From NCBI GenBank assembly GCA_963816395.1, contig CAWFKQ010000008.1:32001-96000 (forward strand): a stretch of 64,000 bases of DNA, read 5' to 3'. Position numbers and translations under genes: made by a program. The DNA is from an uncultured delta proteobacterium. Lineage in GTDB: Bacteria > Desulfobacterota > Desulfuromonadia > Desulfuromonadales > JACZKF01. How positions within the stretch are numbered: position 1 is the first letter of the stretch; each line of letters opens with the position of its first letter. Below are positions 41,692 to 51,695 of this stretch, one piece after another. The notes beneath the pieces are model-generated. The model made no database searches. It worked only from the letters and a program-made list of their open reading frames with translations, and was not told where the DNA came from.

Positions 41692-42515
41692 CTACCGGAC
41701 CGCTCCGGTCTCGGCAGCGGACAGCACCCCGTGTTTCAGGAAGTGGTAATTGCCATAGCCATATTCCGCCAGGTAATACTGAAGCCAGCGCGACCTGCTT
41801 GCCCACGGCATCGGTCAGCAGCAGCTGCTGACCCTTGAACTGTCCTGCCTTGAGCAGTTCGACCAGGCGGTCCGAGGGAATATTGCGCACGTTGGGAATG
41901 GTCAACATCTTGTTCTGCGGCAATTGGGGATCCTTGGCGCGCTGGAACGGTTCGCGAATGTCGATGACCAGGGTATTGGGTTCGACCGGCCATCCTGGCG
42001 AACTCTGCGTAATCGACTCTTCCTGGACGCAAACGCCTCGTCCGAAATGAGTTTTTCCTTCACGGCAGGGGTGCGTCCCATGAGGGTCGACTTTCTCCGG
42101 GCAGCTGTTGACCCAGGCGTTGATGCCGGCATCGTAGCAGAAGACATTGGCAAACCCGGCCTCCATCGCCTCCTCGGCAGCCTTGTAGCTCTTGGCGCAG
42201 GTGGTGCCGTTGCAATAGAACGACCAGGGGGGCGGTTCCGTTTTTGGCCCGGGCTTTTTGCAGATCATTGATGAAAGTCCCTTGGGAGACCGGGATATGC
42301 AGTGCTTTGGCGACGTGGGCAACGTCGTACTCGATCGCCGAGCGAACGTCAATAATGACCGCCTGATCATAAACCTTGGTCAGTTCGTCCGTGCTGATCG
42401 GCTTCACCTGGGGATACTTGGGCCTGAGGACGAATTCGTCAGCAGCAATGGCGGCTCCGGCCGCAAATAGGCAAATGATCAGGGCCGCCAGAACCTTTTT
42501 CGATAGCGATTTCAC
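41692..42515 (-). CDS. Exported tandem rhodanese-domain protein (several frameshifts)
   Basis: Signal peptide (AAIA-A). Domain 1: IIDVRSAIEYDVAHV...FYCNGTTCAKSYKA...YDAGINAW. Domain 2: VIDIREPFQR...LLTDAVGKQV-RWLQYYL...FLKHGV. Confidence 0.82.
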
Positions 42516-42577
42516 TGAAAAACACTCCTTTTGGAAAGAATCCGCCAACCGGCGATAACGCCGGGGCGCCAGAGAAT

Positions 42578-42611
42578 GTTTAGGGGCTGAATGCTAGGCC
42601 AGCCCCTAAAC
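42578..42611. other. Perfect 12-bp inverted repeat between the two rhodanese genes
   Basis: GTTTAGGGGCTG-N10-CAGCCCCTAAAC. Confidence 0.6.
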
Positions 42612-42740
42612 GTCTGAACCATGTTCTTTTCCACTCTCAAGTTTCTGTGATGGCTGAAAATACTTAAATGACCGGAAAACAGCGGAGCAGGAGGAATAAA
42701 TACAAGGACTCCGGAATTCTCCGCTGGAAAACAGCCGGAC

Positions 42741-43259
42741 TTAACGGGAATAGCCTTCACCGGCGGAGGTGTAGGGCAGGCCTTCGACTTTCCAGGCGTT
42801 CACGGTACGATAGCCGTTGGTGTCGGCGCTCCCCTCGAAGCCGGTGACCATGTTCAGCACGTTATAGCCGGCCGCCTCGAGAACCGTTGCGGCAGCCTTG
42901 CTGCGGCTTCCACTGCGGCACATGGTGATCAGCACGACATTGGAAGTGTCCTGGAAAACATCCTGAACATCCTTGAGGAAATGATCGTTCAGAATCATTT
43001 GCCCTTTCTTGCTGACTTCATAGGAAATGTTGAGGACCTTGCCCGTCAAGGCGGCGCCTTCTCCGGCCTTGTTAATGCCGGGATGGCCGACCCACTGCCA
43101 CTCAGCAACGGTTCTGACATCGAGGATGTAGTATCCGGCGTTGGATGTCGCCAGGGCATAGGCGTCAGAGGGTATTACATCGTCAAAAGCCAGGCAACTG
43201 CCCACCCCCGCCAGGGTCAGAGAGAAGACTACGGTAACCAGCACAAAAACCTTTTTCAT
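42741..43259 (-). CDS. Exported single-domain rhodanese/sulfurtransferase
   Basis: Signal peptide MKKVFVLVTVVFSLTLAGVGSCLA, ILDVRTVAEW, active-site loop CRSGSRS, GFEG...W...GLP; RBS GAGGAGG. Confidence 0.9.
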   Translation of the reverse strand: MKKVFVLVTVVFSLTLAGVGSCLAFDDVIPSDAYALATSNAGYYILDVRTVAEWQWVGHPGINKAGEGAALTGKVLNISYEVSKKGQMILNDHFLKDVQDVFQDTSNVVLITMCRSGSRSKAAATVLEAAGYNVLNMVTGFEGSADTNGYRTVNAWKVEGLPYTSAGEGYSR

Positions 43260-43278
43260 GTTTTCCTCCTCTGCTGCA

Positions 43279-43342
43279 AAAATTAAAAAGCCAGGAACCC
43301 CCTGGCCACCTGCACTGGACCCGGTCCGGCCCAATAGTGCGG
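43279..43342 (-). promoter_or_regulatory. Structured 5' leader ending in a terminator-like hairpin
   Basis: Minus strand: GCAC-TAT-TGGGCC-GGACCG-GGTCCA-GTGC, then GCCAGG-GGGTT-CCTGGC-TTTTTAATTTTT, upstream of the RBS. Confidence 0.45.
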
Positions 43343-43352
43343 AAAGAAATAC

Positions 43353-43369
43353 AGCAAAATACGGGCCTA
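43353..43369 (-). promoter_or_regulatory. Putative sigma54 promoter of the rhodanese-MCP locus
   Basis: Minus strand TAGGCCCGTATTTTGCT = GG-N10-GC with TTGCT; AT-rich region further upstream. Confidence 0.6.
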
Positions 43370-43742
43370 TCCGGGGCGGAAAATCGACGCATGGCTAAAA
43401 AGATATTGATAAACAATATATTATGAATACTCTTAGGCCAAGAACGAGAGTTGTGGAAAAAAGAGTTTTCATTTACAAGGGTTTGCCCTTTTTTGTCACG
43501 GGGCAGAAAGGGGGCAGTCAGTTCGCGCAGGAACAATCTTTCCGCTTGGAAGACTGTTCTTTATGCAGTATAAATATCATTAAATCAATATGTTATGAAT
43601 TAAAAAAATGTCTTGGACCGTTTTCGTCAGGGGCTTGGTGACTATTTTTGTTCTGGTGCGCCGCAATAACGAGGCGCATGGAAATGGTCCATTGGACTTT
43701 GAATTGAGTGTGAAGGCGGGGAATAGGGAAGGGAGGCGGGGG

Positions 43743-44381
43743 TTATTCGTCCCGGCCGCTTTCCTCTTCCGCCGCCAGCCAGTCGGAGAGCCGGGTGACG
43801 GCGTCGATGAATTCGGCCGGAATCGCCGGCAGGGGCTGCAGGGCGGCCTGCAGGCGGCGGGCGGCGGCGAGGGCATGGCGCAGGGCGAGGGCGGGGTCGG
43901 CGGCACCGTCGGGAGTGCCGGTCGCCTCGCGGAAACGTTTCTGCACCGTCGGATGGCTGCGCTCCTCCTCCATCACCGCCCGGCGCAGATTGGCGTAGTC
44001 CTCGGCGGGAAGATCGAGTTCCTCCCGCGCCTGGCGCAGCAGGTCGACCGAGCGATAATCGGGGAGGGGCTTGAGTTCGGTGCGGCGGGCCAGCAGTTCC
44101 GGTTCCTCTTTTTCCAGGAAGCGGTAGGCCAGGGTGAGTTTCTGCGCCGTCGGCTGCTTGATGCGGACTTCCCGGGCGCAGTAATCCTCGAAGGAATCGT
44201 ACCCCCACTGGCGGAACAGCCCTTTCTGCTGCACCTCCAGCAGCTTCTCCCCGAGTTCCACCCAGGAGGATTTGAACTGCTTGGCGGTGGCCAGGATCCG
44301 ATACCGCTCCGATTGCGGATCGAGTTCCTGCATGATCCTCTCGATTACCATCTCGCCTTTCGATTTGGGAGTTTCGCTCAT
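43743..44381 (-). CDS. Hypothetical protein, possible helix-turn-helix DNA-binding fold
   Basis: SWVELGEKLLEV...WGYDSFEDYCAREVRIKQPTAQKLTLAYRFL. Confidence 0.65.
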   Translation of the reverse strand: MSETPKSKGEMVIERIMQELDPQSERYRILATAKQFKSSWVELGEKLLEVQQKGLFRQWGYDSFEDYCAREVRIKQPTAQKLTLAYRFLEKEEPELLARRTELKPLPDYRSVDLLRQAREELDLPAEDYANLRRAVMEEERSHPTVQKRFREATGTPDGAADPALALRHALAAARRLQAALQPLPAIPAEFIDAVTRLSDWLAAEEESGRDE

Positions 44382-44537
44382 CTGGCGCCCCTTTCGTAAA
44401 GCAAAGAATTTATCATGGATGCCGGCGGGACAAAAGGATTTTGCCTTGGCGGCAACGCCCGCCTCGGCTACAATCCGAGCAGCCGGCAGCCAGCCGGATG
44501 GAATTGGCTTGCAGAATAGGTCTTGCCCGTTTTCAGG

Positions 44538-45740
44538 ATGCGAAAAATGCAGTTAACCGTCAGTCCGGAAACCGTGCGGATGCTGGAGTTGGGGCATCCC
44601 TGGGTAATCGCCGACCGCTTCACCCGGCAGTGGCCGGCGGGGAAGCCGGGGGACGTGGTGCAGCTCGCCGATGCGCAGGGGCGGGTGCTCGCCACCGCCC
44701 TGCTCGACCCGAAGGAGCGGGTGGCGGCGCGGGTGCTGGAGTTTGCGCCGCTGCGGCTGACCGGCGACTGGCTTGCTGAGAAGGTGCGGCGGGCCGCCGC
44801 CCTGCGCGCCGCGCATGCCGGCCTCGGCGATACCGATGCCTGGCGCCTGGTGAACGGGGAAGGGGACGGACTCCCCGGGTTGACCATTGACCGCTACGGC
44901 CAGCACCTGATGGTGCAGCTCTACACCGCCGCCTGGCAGCCGCATCTGCCGCTGCTGACGAAGGTCCTCCAGCAGCTGTTGTCGCCGGCCGGCATTTACC
45001 TCAAGAAACGGCCGCAGGAGACGCGCACCCTGGCGGCCGCCGGTGATTCCAAGCGCTACAGCAGCCTGCTGGCGGGAAGGCCTCTTCCCGGCCGCCAACC
45101 GGTGCGCGAGCACGGCCTGGAGTTCCTGGTCGACCTGGAGGAAGGGCTGAATACCGGCATTTTCCTCGATCAGCGCGACAACCGGCAGGATCTGCGTGCC
45201 CGCGCCGAAGGGAAGCGGGTCCTCAACCTTTTCGCCTACACCGGCGCCTTTTCGGTGGCGGCCGCCGCCGCCGGGGCAGTGCGGGTGACCAGTGTCGACG
45301 CCGCCGGCGGTTATCTCGATTGGGCCAAAGACAACTTCTCCCGCAACCGCCTGCCGGTGCGCGATCACGAATTCATCGTCGGCGATTGTTTCGCCGTTCT
45401 CGCCGATCTGCAGCGGCGGCAGCAGCACTTCGACCTCATCATGATGGACCCGCCGAGCTTCTCCACGACCGGCAAGAGCCGCTTCACCACCCGCCGGGGG
45501 ACCGCCGAACTGGTCGCCGCGGCGCTCCCTCTGCTGCCTGCCGGCGGCCTGCTGATCACCTCTTCCAACCACCAGAAGACCGACCTGCCCGACTACCTCA
45601 AGGAACTGCGCCGCGGCGCCCTGCAGGGCGGCTGCAGCCTGCGGGTGATCCGCACCGCCGGCCAGCCGGCGGATTTTCCTTACCCGGTCACCTTCCCGGA
45701 AGGGCGTTATCTGAAATACCTGGTCAGCGTCAGGGATTGA
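44538..45740 (+). CDS. 23S rRNA methyltransferase, RlmI/RlmK-like
   Basis: PUA-like GHPWV, VNGEGDGLPGLTIDRY, TGIFLDQRDNR, VLNLFAYTGAFS, DPPSF. Confidence 0.92.
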   Translation: MRKMQLTVSPETVRMLELGHPWVIADRFTRQWPAGKPGDVVQLADAQGRVLATALLDPKERVAARVLEFAPLRLTGDWLAEKVRRAAALRAAHAGLGDTDAWRLVNGEGDGLPGLTIDRYGQHLMVQLYTAAWQPHLPLLTKVLQQLLSPAGIYLKKRPQETRTLAAAGDSKRYSSLLAGRPLPGRQPVREHGLEFLVDLEEGLNTGIFLDQRDNRQDLRARAEGKRVLNLFAYTGAFSVAAAAAGAVRVTSVDAAGGYLDWAKDNFSRNRLPVRDHEFIVGDCFAVLADLQRRQQHFDLIMMDPPSFSTTGKSRFTTRRGTAELVAAALPLLPAGGLLITSSNHQKTDLPDYLKELRRGALQGGCSLRVIRTAGQPADFPYPVTFPEGRYLKYLVSVRD

Positions 45741-47419
45741 GGAAGGGCAGGAAAACTTCCCGGTAGAGGAAAACGTGGCCCGCCAGCTGGCTGCGCTCGA
45801 GCAGCGGGTGGCCGGCCGGCAGGATGAGAAACGGCCGCAGCTGCTCCCCGCCCACCGAACCGTGCCCCCCCACCTGGTCGTCGAAGCAGGCGATCTCTCG
45901 CCCATCATAGGCCCCGAAGAGGATCAGGTCGCCGCAGCTCTCGCCGGCGGCGAACCGGCACAGCTCCGGCAGCAGCGTCGCCGGCTCGCCGTAGGGGCGC
46001 AGGAAATCGAGCCCCTCCGCGCCGGAGGTTTCCCCCGGCCGCCGAAGGAAGCGGCCGCCGCGGTGGAAGAAGCAGACTTCCTGTCCCTCCCCCCTCGCCA
46101 TGACGAAACCGATCCCCCGGTGCCGGCTGAGAAAACGCAGCAGCAGCGGCTGCGCCGCCTCCACTTCCTGCCAGCTCAGGCGGTGCCGTTCGCCGGTGAT
46201 GTAGAGGTGCGCCAGGGAACTGGAATAGGTGATGACCACGCCGCCTTCGGCGTCGACCTTCAGGGTTTCCGGAACCAGCGCCCGAATCCGGCGCTGGATG
46301 GAATTCCGGGTAAGACGATAAAGCTGGTGGCGCCAGCCCCACTGCCGGGCATCCAGCTCTTCCTGCAGGTAGTTGAGCTGGATCCGGGCGAAATCGAGGG
46401 GGCCGGCGGCAACTGCGGCATCCTGGTTCTCCCGCAGGAAGGCGCTGACCGCCTCGCCGAGGGTGGCGCCGAAGCGGTCGCGGAAGGGATAGCCGGGAGT
46501 CTGGCCGTGGTCGGAGAGAATGACCAGCCGGTAGCGGGCACCGGGGGCATGGCGCAGCATGCGCAGAATCTCCCCGAGGCGCTGGTCGGTGTACCTGAGA
46601 TTCTTCAGGGCCGGCCGTGAATCGGGTCCGAAGTGATGCGCCAGTTCGTCATAGCCGCTGTAGGTGGTATAGATGGCGGGGACTCCGGCATAGATGTCGG
46701 CGATGACCCCGAAGGTCTGCAACTCGCGCAGGATGACATTGCAGAAGATGCGGATCAGCGGGAAGAGCCCCTCGCGCAGCCGCCAGGGGCGCAGCTCTGC
46801 GGAACCGCCGGCGGTCATAGAGATGGGTGAAGTATTCCAGGACGGTGGCGCCGGCCAGGCGCAGGACGCGCAGGGGATGGAGCAGGATCAGGAGCAGGAT
46901 GCGCAGGCCGCCGAAGCGGCCGAACAGGGTCTGCGGATGGGGAGAGGAGACGGTGAAGATGCTGCGCGCCGCGCCGCCGTCGAGGATATTGGCGTAGGAG
47001 GAGCCGCCGGACAACAGCCCCTGCCGGCCGGCGAAGAGCTTTTCCCGGAAGATCTGCACCTGGTCCGGATCATTGCAGCTGAGCAGTTGCCCGGTTGACT
47101 TCTCGAACCAGCGGAAGGCGGGAATGCCGTCGGCCTCTCCGTAGAAGATCGCGGCCTGGGCAGCCGGGGTCGTGCTCGGCAGCCCGGCCTGGTATTCCCG
47201 CAGGCAATAGCCCTGGCGCAGGAGGCGGGCGATGTGCGGCAGGTAGCCGCGGCCCAGGGCCTGCTGCAGGTGGGGGGCGGAGAGTCCATCGATCTGGATG
47301 CCGACGAACCCTGGCGCCGGCCCCCCCAGGCGCCGGGACCGCCGCTCTTTGCGGAAGGGAAAGAACTTGACGGAATAATAGATCCGGAAGAGACGGTCAA
47401 GCCAGGTATCCCACCGCAT
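45730..47419 (-). CDS. Alkaline phosphatase superfamily / type I phosphodiesterase-like protein (frameshift near 46800)
   Basis: IQIDGLS, LPSTTPAAQ, YSGYDELAHHFGP, ILSDHGQT, VGGHGS. Confidence 0.85.
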
Positions 47420-47491
47420 CTTTATCTCCTTCAGCCAATGGCATTTCGGGTCGAAGTTGGCCCCTGGGTCATTCCGGGTTGCGGCCAGTCC

Positions 47492-48007
47492 TCAGACGAC
47501 TTCCACTGCCTTTTCGATCACCACCGGTTGGAGCGGCACATCCTCGTGCATGCCGCTGCGACCGGTGGGTACCTTGCGGATGGCGTCGACCGTCTCCATG
47601 CCGTCGGTGACCCGGCCGAAAACCGCGTAGCCGAAACCGGCGGGAGTGCTGTTGCGATGATCGAGGAAATCGTTGTCGGCGAGGTTGATGAAAAACTGTG
47701 AGGTGGCGCTGTCGACCACCTGGGTGCGGGCCATGGCGACTGTGCCCCGCTGGTTTTTCAGGCCGTTGTTCGCCTCATTGCGGATCGGCGCCCGGTTTTG
47801 TTTCGTTTTCAGGTCGGTCGTCATGCCGCCCCCCTGAATCATGAAGCCGTCGATGACCCGGTGGAAAACAGTGCCGTCGTAAAAACCCTCACGTACATAG
47901 GCAAGAAAGTTGACGGCCGTCTCCGGCGCCCTCTCGTTGTCCAGTTCGATGGTGATGTCGCCGAGCGTGGTCTGCAGGCGGACGGCGGGATTTTTCTTCT
48001 CGTTCAT
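47492..48007 (-). CDS. ppiB: Cyclophilin-type peptidyl-prolyl cis-trans isomerase
   Basis: [46 protein letters not shown]. Confidence 0.95.
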   Translation of the reverse strand: MNEKKNPAVRLQTTLGDITIELDNERAPETAVNFLAYVREGFYDGTVFHRVIDGFMIQGGGMTTDLKTKQNRAPIRNEANNGLKNQRGTVAMARTQVVDSATSQFFINLADNDFLDHRNSTPAGFGYAVFGRVTDGMETVDAIRKVPTGRSGMHEDVPLQPVVIEKAVEVV

Positions 48008-48150
48008 ATCCTTCTCCTTGACGGTGTAGTTTCCTGGGGCAAATCCGCCGGGATGGGCGGCAGGTGGCGCTATCTTAGCCCGTTGCCTGGCGGCGGTGCA
48101 AGAGGAACGGGAAGAGGAACGGAAGAAGCCGGGGGGCAGGACTGACCCGG

Positions 48151-48178
48151 TTGACAGGCAGAGCGGGCAATCTATGCT
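48151..48178 (+). promoter_or_regulatory. Putative sigma70 promoter
   Basis: TTGACA-N16-TATGCT upstream of the lipoprotein pair. Confidence 0.45.
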
Positions 48179-48266
48179 AGAAGTATATTTGGAAGGGTTA
48201 ATTTCGACCTCGGCGGGAGGCATGGATGGCCTGCCGCGAGCCCCGAAACTCCGAAGGAGATCATCC

Positions 48267-48641
48267 ATGAAAACCGCAAAGAAGATGGCAGCACTCGGGA
48301 TAGGGATTGGCCTCGCTCTGGCAGGCCTGGCCGGCTGTGCCAGCGTACCCCCGCCCAACGAGCAGATGGCGGTCGCAAAGGCGGCGATGGCCAAGGCGGA
48401 AGATGCGCAGGCCTACCAGTATGCCCCGGTGGCCTTCAACAGTGCTCAGGAGAAGATGAGCCGCGCCAAGACCGCCATGGAACAGGAGGATTATGTCACT
48501 GCCCGGCGGCTGGCAGAGCAGGCCGAAGTGGATGCCAATCTCGCCTTTACCAAGGCGCGTACGGAACAGGCCCAAAAGGCCGCCCAGGAATTGCAGCAGA
48601 CTATCAAGACGCTGCAGCAGGAACTGGGAAAAAGCAGTTAA
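48267..48641 (+). CDS. DUF4398-domain lipoprotein
   Basis: Lipobox [31 protein letters not shown]. Confidence 0.85.
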   Translation: MKTAKKMAALGIGIGLALAGLAGCASVPPPNEQMAVAKAAMAKAEDAQAYQYAPVAFNSAQEKMSRAKTAMEQEDYVTARRLAEQAEVDANLAFTKARTEQAQKAAQELQQTIKTLQQELGKSS

Positions 48642-48667
48642 TCCCAAGACCGATGAAGGAGAAAGCC

Positions 48668-49546
48668 ATGCGCTACCGTACTATCATCCAGATCTGCTGC
48701 TCCCTGACGGCAGTCGGCGCTCTGCTGGCAGGGTGTGCCGGGCCGGAGAAGAATGCCATGCTGGAGGAAGCGAAGGCCGCCTATGCCGCGGCCCGCAGTG
48801 ATCCGCAGGTCATCGACAATGCGCCACTCGAGCTCAATCAGGCGGGAGAGTCTCTGCAGAAGGCGGAAAATCTGCAGCAGAACGATGCCGAAGAGGCTGC
48901 GGTGACTCAGCAGGCCTACCTGGCCCGCCAGAAAACCGCCATCGCCCGTCAGGCCGCCCAGCTGAAAATGGCGCAGAAAGTGATCGCCGACGCCGACGCC
49001 GAGCGGGCCCAGGTGCTGCTGCAGGTGCGAAGCCAGGAAGCCGAGAAGGCGCGCCGGCAGGCCGAGACGCAGCAACAGGCGTTGAGTGCGGCGCAAACAC
49101 AGGCCGAGGAGGCCCAGCAAAGAGCCAGCGAACTGAAGAAAGAACTGGCGGGGCTGCAGGCCCAACAGACCGAGCGCGGCATTGTGCTCACACTCAAGAA
49201 TGTCGTCTTTGAGCTGAACAAGGCCAATCTCAAGCCGGGAGCCGAACGGATGGTTGACCAGATCGCCGCTTTTCTCAACAACCATCCGGAACGCAAGATC
49301 ATGGTGGAGGGGTTTACCGACGCCACCGGCTCGGCGGATTACAACATGAAGCTTTCCCAGGATCGCGCCGATGCGGTAAAGCAGGCCCTGGTAGCGCGGG
49401 GGGTTGACCCGGACCGTATCCAGACGCGTGGTTACGGGGAAGAATATCCGGTAGCTACCAATGACACCGCAGCCGGCCGGCAGCTGAACCGCCGGGCGGA
49501 GATCGTTATCTCCAACAGCGCCGAAAACATTACGAAAACTCGCTGA
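48668..49546 (+). CDS. OmpA-family lipoprotein with N-terminal DUF4398 domain
   Basis: Lipobox LAGC, TERGIVLTL, VEGFTDATGS, NMKLSQDRA, GRQLNRRAEI. Confidence 0.92.
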   Translation: MRYRTIIQICCSLTAVGALLAGCAGPEKNAMLEEAKAAYAAARSDPQVIDNAPLELNQAGESLQKAENLQQNDAEEAAVTQQAYLARQKTAIARQAAQLKMAQKVIADADAERAQVLLQVRSQEAEKARRQAETQQQALSAAQTQAEEAQQRASELKKELAGLQAQQTERGIVLTLKNVVFELNKANLKPGAERMVDQIAAFLNNHPERKIMVEGFTDATGSADYNMKLSQDRADAVKQALVARGVDPDRIQTRGYGEEYPVATNDTAAGRQLNRRAEIVISNSAENITKTR

Positions 49547-49838
49547 GAGGGCCTGGCTGAGCGGTTAAAGGAAAAGAGCAGGACGGTGGGTTCGGGCAAT
49601 CGGGCGGGGAGAAAGCAGTGCCCCGCCCCTTCCGAGCAGGCCAGCTGCCGGATTCTGCGAGCCTGCGCCGGCCATTCCCATGCCCCTGCGGTGCCGCCGT
49701 GGACCTTCTTGCCTCAGGCTCGAAGCGCACAGCCTTCTTCCACCCCCGCGGCGGCGCCACTGCTGCAGGCCCAGGCGAGCCCCTGAGAGCGATGGTGGCC
49801 GCCGAAGGGATCCCGATCTGACAATTACGAGACCACCC

Positions 49839-51086
49839 GTGCCCCGAATCCCTCATGACAGCTGTCCGGAAAGCACCCTGGCCATGATGGTCGATGGCTA
49901 CCGCTTCATCTCCAGGCGCTGCCGCCGCTACGGGACCGACATTTTCGAAGCGCGGCTTATGCTGCGCAAGACCATCTGCATGCTGGGCGAGGAAGCGGCC
50001 AGAATCTTCTATGACAGCGAAAGGTTCCGGCGGAAGGGGGCGGCCCCACGCCGGCTGCAGACGACCCTTTTCGGCAAACCAGGAATCCAGGGAATGGACG
50101 GCGATCCCCATCGCCACCGCAAGCAGATGTTCATGTCGCTGATGACCCCTGGCCGGATCCGGCAACTGGCAGATTTAACCGCCGGGCAGTGGAGCGTTTA
50201 TCTCAAAAAATGGGAAGGGATGCGGAAGATTGTGCTCTTCGATGAGGTGCGGGAAATCCTCTGCCGGGCCGTCTGTGCCTGGGCCGGGGTGCCTCTCGCA
50301 GAGGCGGAGGTGCGTACCAGGGCCGACGATTTCGAGGCGATGATCGACGGCCCGGGAGCGGTCGGGCCGCGGCACTGGCGGGGGAAGCGGGCCCGCCGCC
50401 GCGCGGAGCAGTGGATCGCTGACCTGGTTGCCAGGGTGCGTGCCGGCGATCTGCGGTCCCCGGCGGGAAGCGCCCTCGATGTCATCGCATGCCATCGCGA
50501 CCTGAACGGCCGGCTGCTGGCGCCGCGAGAAGCGGCGGTCGAGATCATCAACATCCTGCGGCCAACCGTGGCCGTTTCCCGCTACGTGATCTTCACGGCC
50601 ATGGCGCTGCACGAACACACGGAACTCTGGCCGCAACTCCAGGCGGCCGACCCCCATTTTGACGAGATGTTTGTCCAGGAGGTGCGCCGGGTCTACCCCT
50701 TCTTCCCCTTCGTCGCGGCCCGGGTGCGAAAAAGCTTTGACTGGCGCGGTTACCATTTCCCACGGGGGAGAAGAGTTCTCCTCGATCTCTACGGCACCAA
50801 CCACGATCCCCGGCTGTGGCCAGAGCCGGAAGCCTTCCGTCCGGAACGCTTCCGAAATTGGGATGAGAACGCCTTTACCTTCATTCCCCAGGGGGGAGGC
50901 GATCATTACGGCAACCACCGCTGTCCGGGGGAGTGGATCGCCATCGAACTCACCAAGGTGGCCCTCGGTTTTCTGAGCCGTTCGATGGCTTATGAGGTGC
51001 CGAGACAGAACTTGCGCCTAAGTCTTTCGAGGATGCCGGCCATTCCAAAGAGCGGTTTCCTGATCAGGAAGGTCAGGCGAAGATAG
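49839..51086 (+). CDS. Cytochrome P450, CYP152 family (fatty-acid peroxygenase, CypC-like)
   Basis: TLFG..GIQGMDG..HRHRKQMFMSLM, I-helix NILRPTVAV (Arg-Pro), EVRRVYPF, heme motif HRCPGE. Confidence 0.92.
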   Translation: MPRIPHDSCPESTLAMMVDGYRFISRRCRRYGTDIFEARLMLRKTICMLGEEAARIFYDSERFRRKGAAPRRLQTTLFGKPGIQGMDGDPHRHRKQMFMSLMTPGRIRQLADLTAGQWSVYLKKWEGMRKIVLFDEVREILCRAVCAWAGVPLAEAEVRTRADDFEAMIDGPGAVGPRHWRGKRARRRAEQWIADLVARVRAGDLRSPAGSALDVIACHRDLNGRLLAPREAAVEIINILRPTVAVSRYVIFTAMALHEHTELWPQLQAADPHFDEMFVQEVRRVYPFFPFVAARVRKSFDWRGYHFPRGRRVLLDLYGTNHDPRLWPEPEAFRPERFRNWDENAFTFIPQGGGDHYGNHRCPGEWIAIELTKVALGFLSRSMAYEVPRQNLRLSLSRMPAIPKSGFLIRKVRRR

Positions 51087-51149
51087 CTGGTCCGCCCACC
51101 TTTTCCGGTTGCACAAAATTCGTGTCTATGCTAGAAGTTCTTCCTTTGT

Positions 51150-51226
<77 letters not shown>

Positions 51227-51228
51227 TT

Positions 51229-51305
51229 GCGCCAGTAGCTCAGTAGGACAGAGCAACGGCCTTCTAAGCCGTGGGTCGAGGGTTCGAATCCTTCCTGGCG
51301 CGCCA
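51229..51305 (+). tRNA. tRNA-Arg (TCT)
   Basis: ACGGC-CTTCTAA-GCCGT; GTTCGAAT; CCA. Confidence 0.95.
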
Positions 51306-51325
51306 ATTGATATTCCCCTTTCCCG

Positions 51326-51354
51326 TTGACAAGGCGGGAGCGATCAAGTAGGAT
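51326..51354 (+). promoter_or_regulatory. Sigma70 promoter of tRNA-His
   Basis: TTGACA-N17-TAGGAT followed by a GC-rich discriminator. Confidence 0.65.
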
Positions 51355-51369
51355 GACGCGGTTTCCGTG

Positions 51370-51445
51370 GTGGCTGTAGCTCAGTCGGTAGAGCACTGGA
51401 TTGTGGCTCCAGGTGTCGTGGGTTCAAGTCCCATCAGCCACCCCA
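51370..51445 (+). tRNA. tRNA-His (GTG)
   Basis: CTGGA-TTGTGGC-TCCAG; G-1 at 51369; C73; CCA. Confidence 0.95.
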
Positions 51446-51612
51446 ATTGATCGTCTGGAGGCCCGAATCGATGTTCCGGTTGCTTGGCACTGCGGCCGGG
51501 CCGGAGTCGGTCGGGCCTTTTTTGTCGCCGGGCCGGAAAATCTGGCGGACCGACGGTGGCTGTCGGCAGGGAATTTCCCCCCCGTCTTATGAGTTTGCGA
51601 CCCTCGACCCAT

Positions 51613-51695
51613 GCGAGAGTGGCGGAACTGGCAGACGCACTGGATTTAGGATCCAGCGGGCAACCGTGGGGGTTCGACTCCCCCCTCTCGCACCA
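51613..51695 (+). tRNA. tRNA-Leu (TAG)
   Basis: CTGGA-TTTAGGA-TCCAG; long variable arm; CCA. Confidence 0.95.

Noticed and set aside
43468..43500. GGGCAAACC on the minus strand, resembling a c-di-GMP-I riboswitch start
   Set aside because: Not followed by the GAAA-capped stem or GACGCAAAG.
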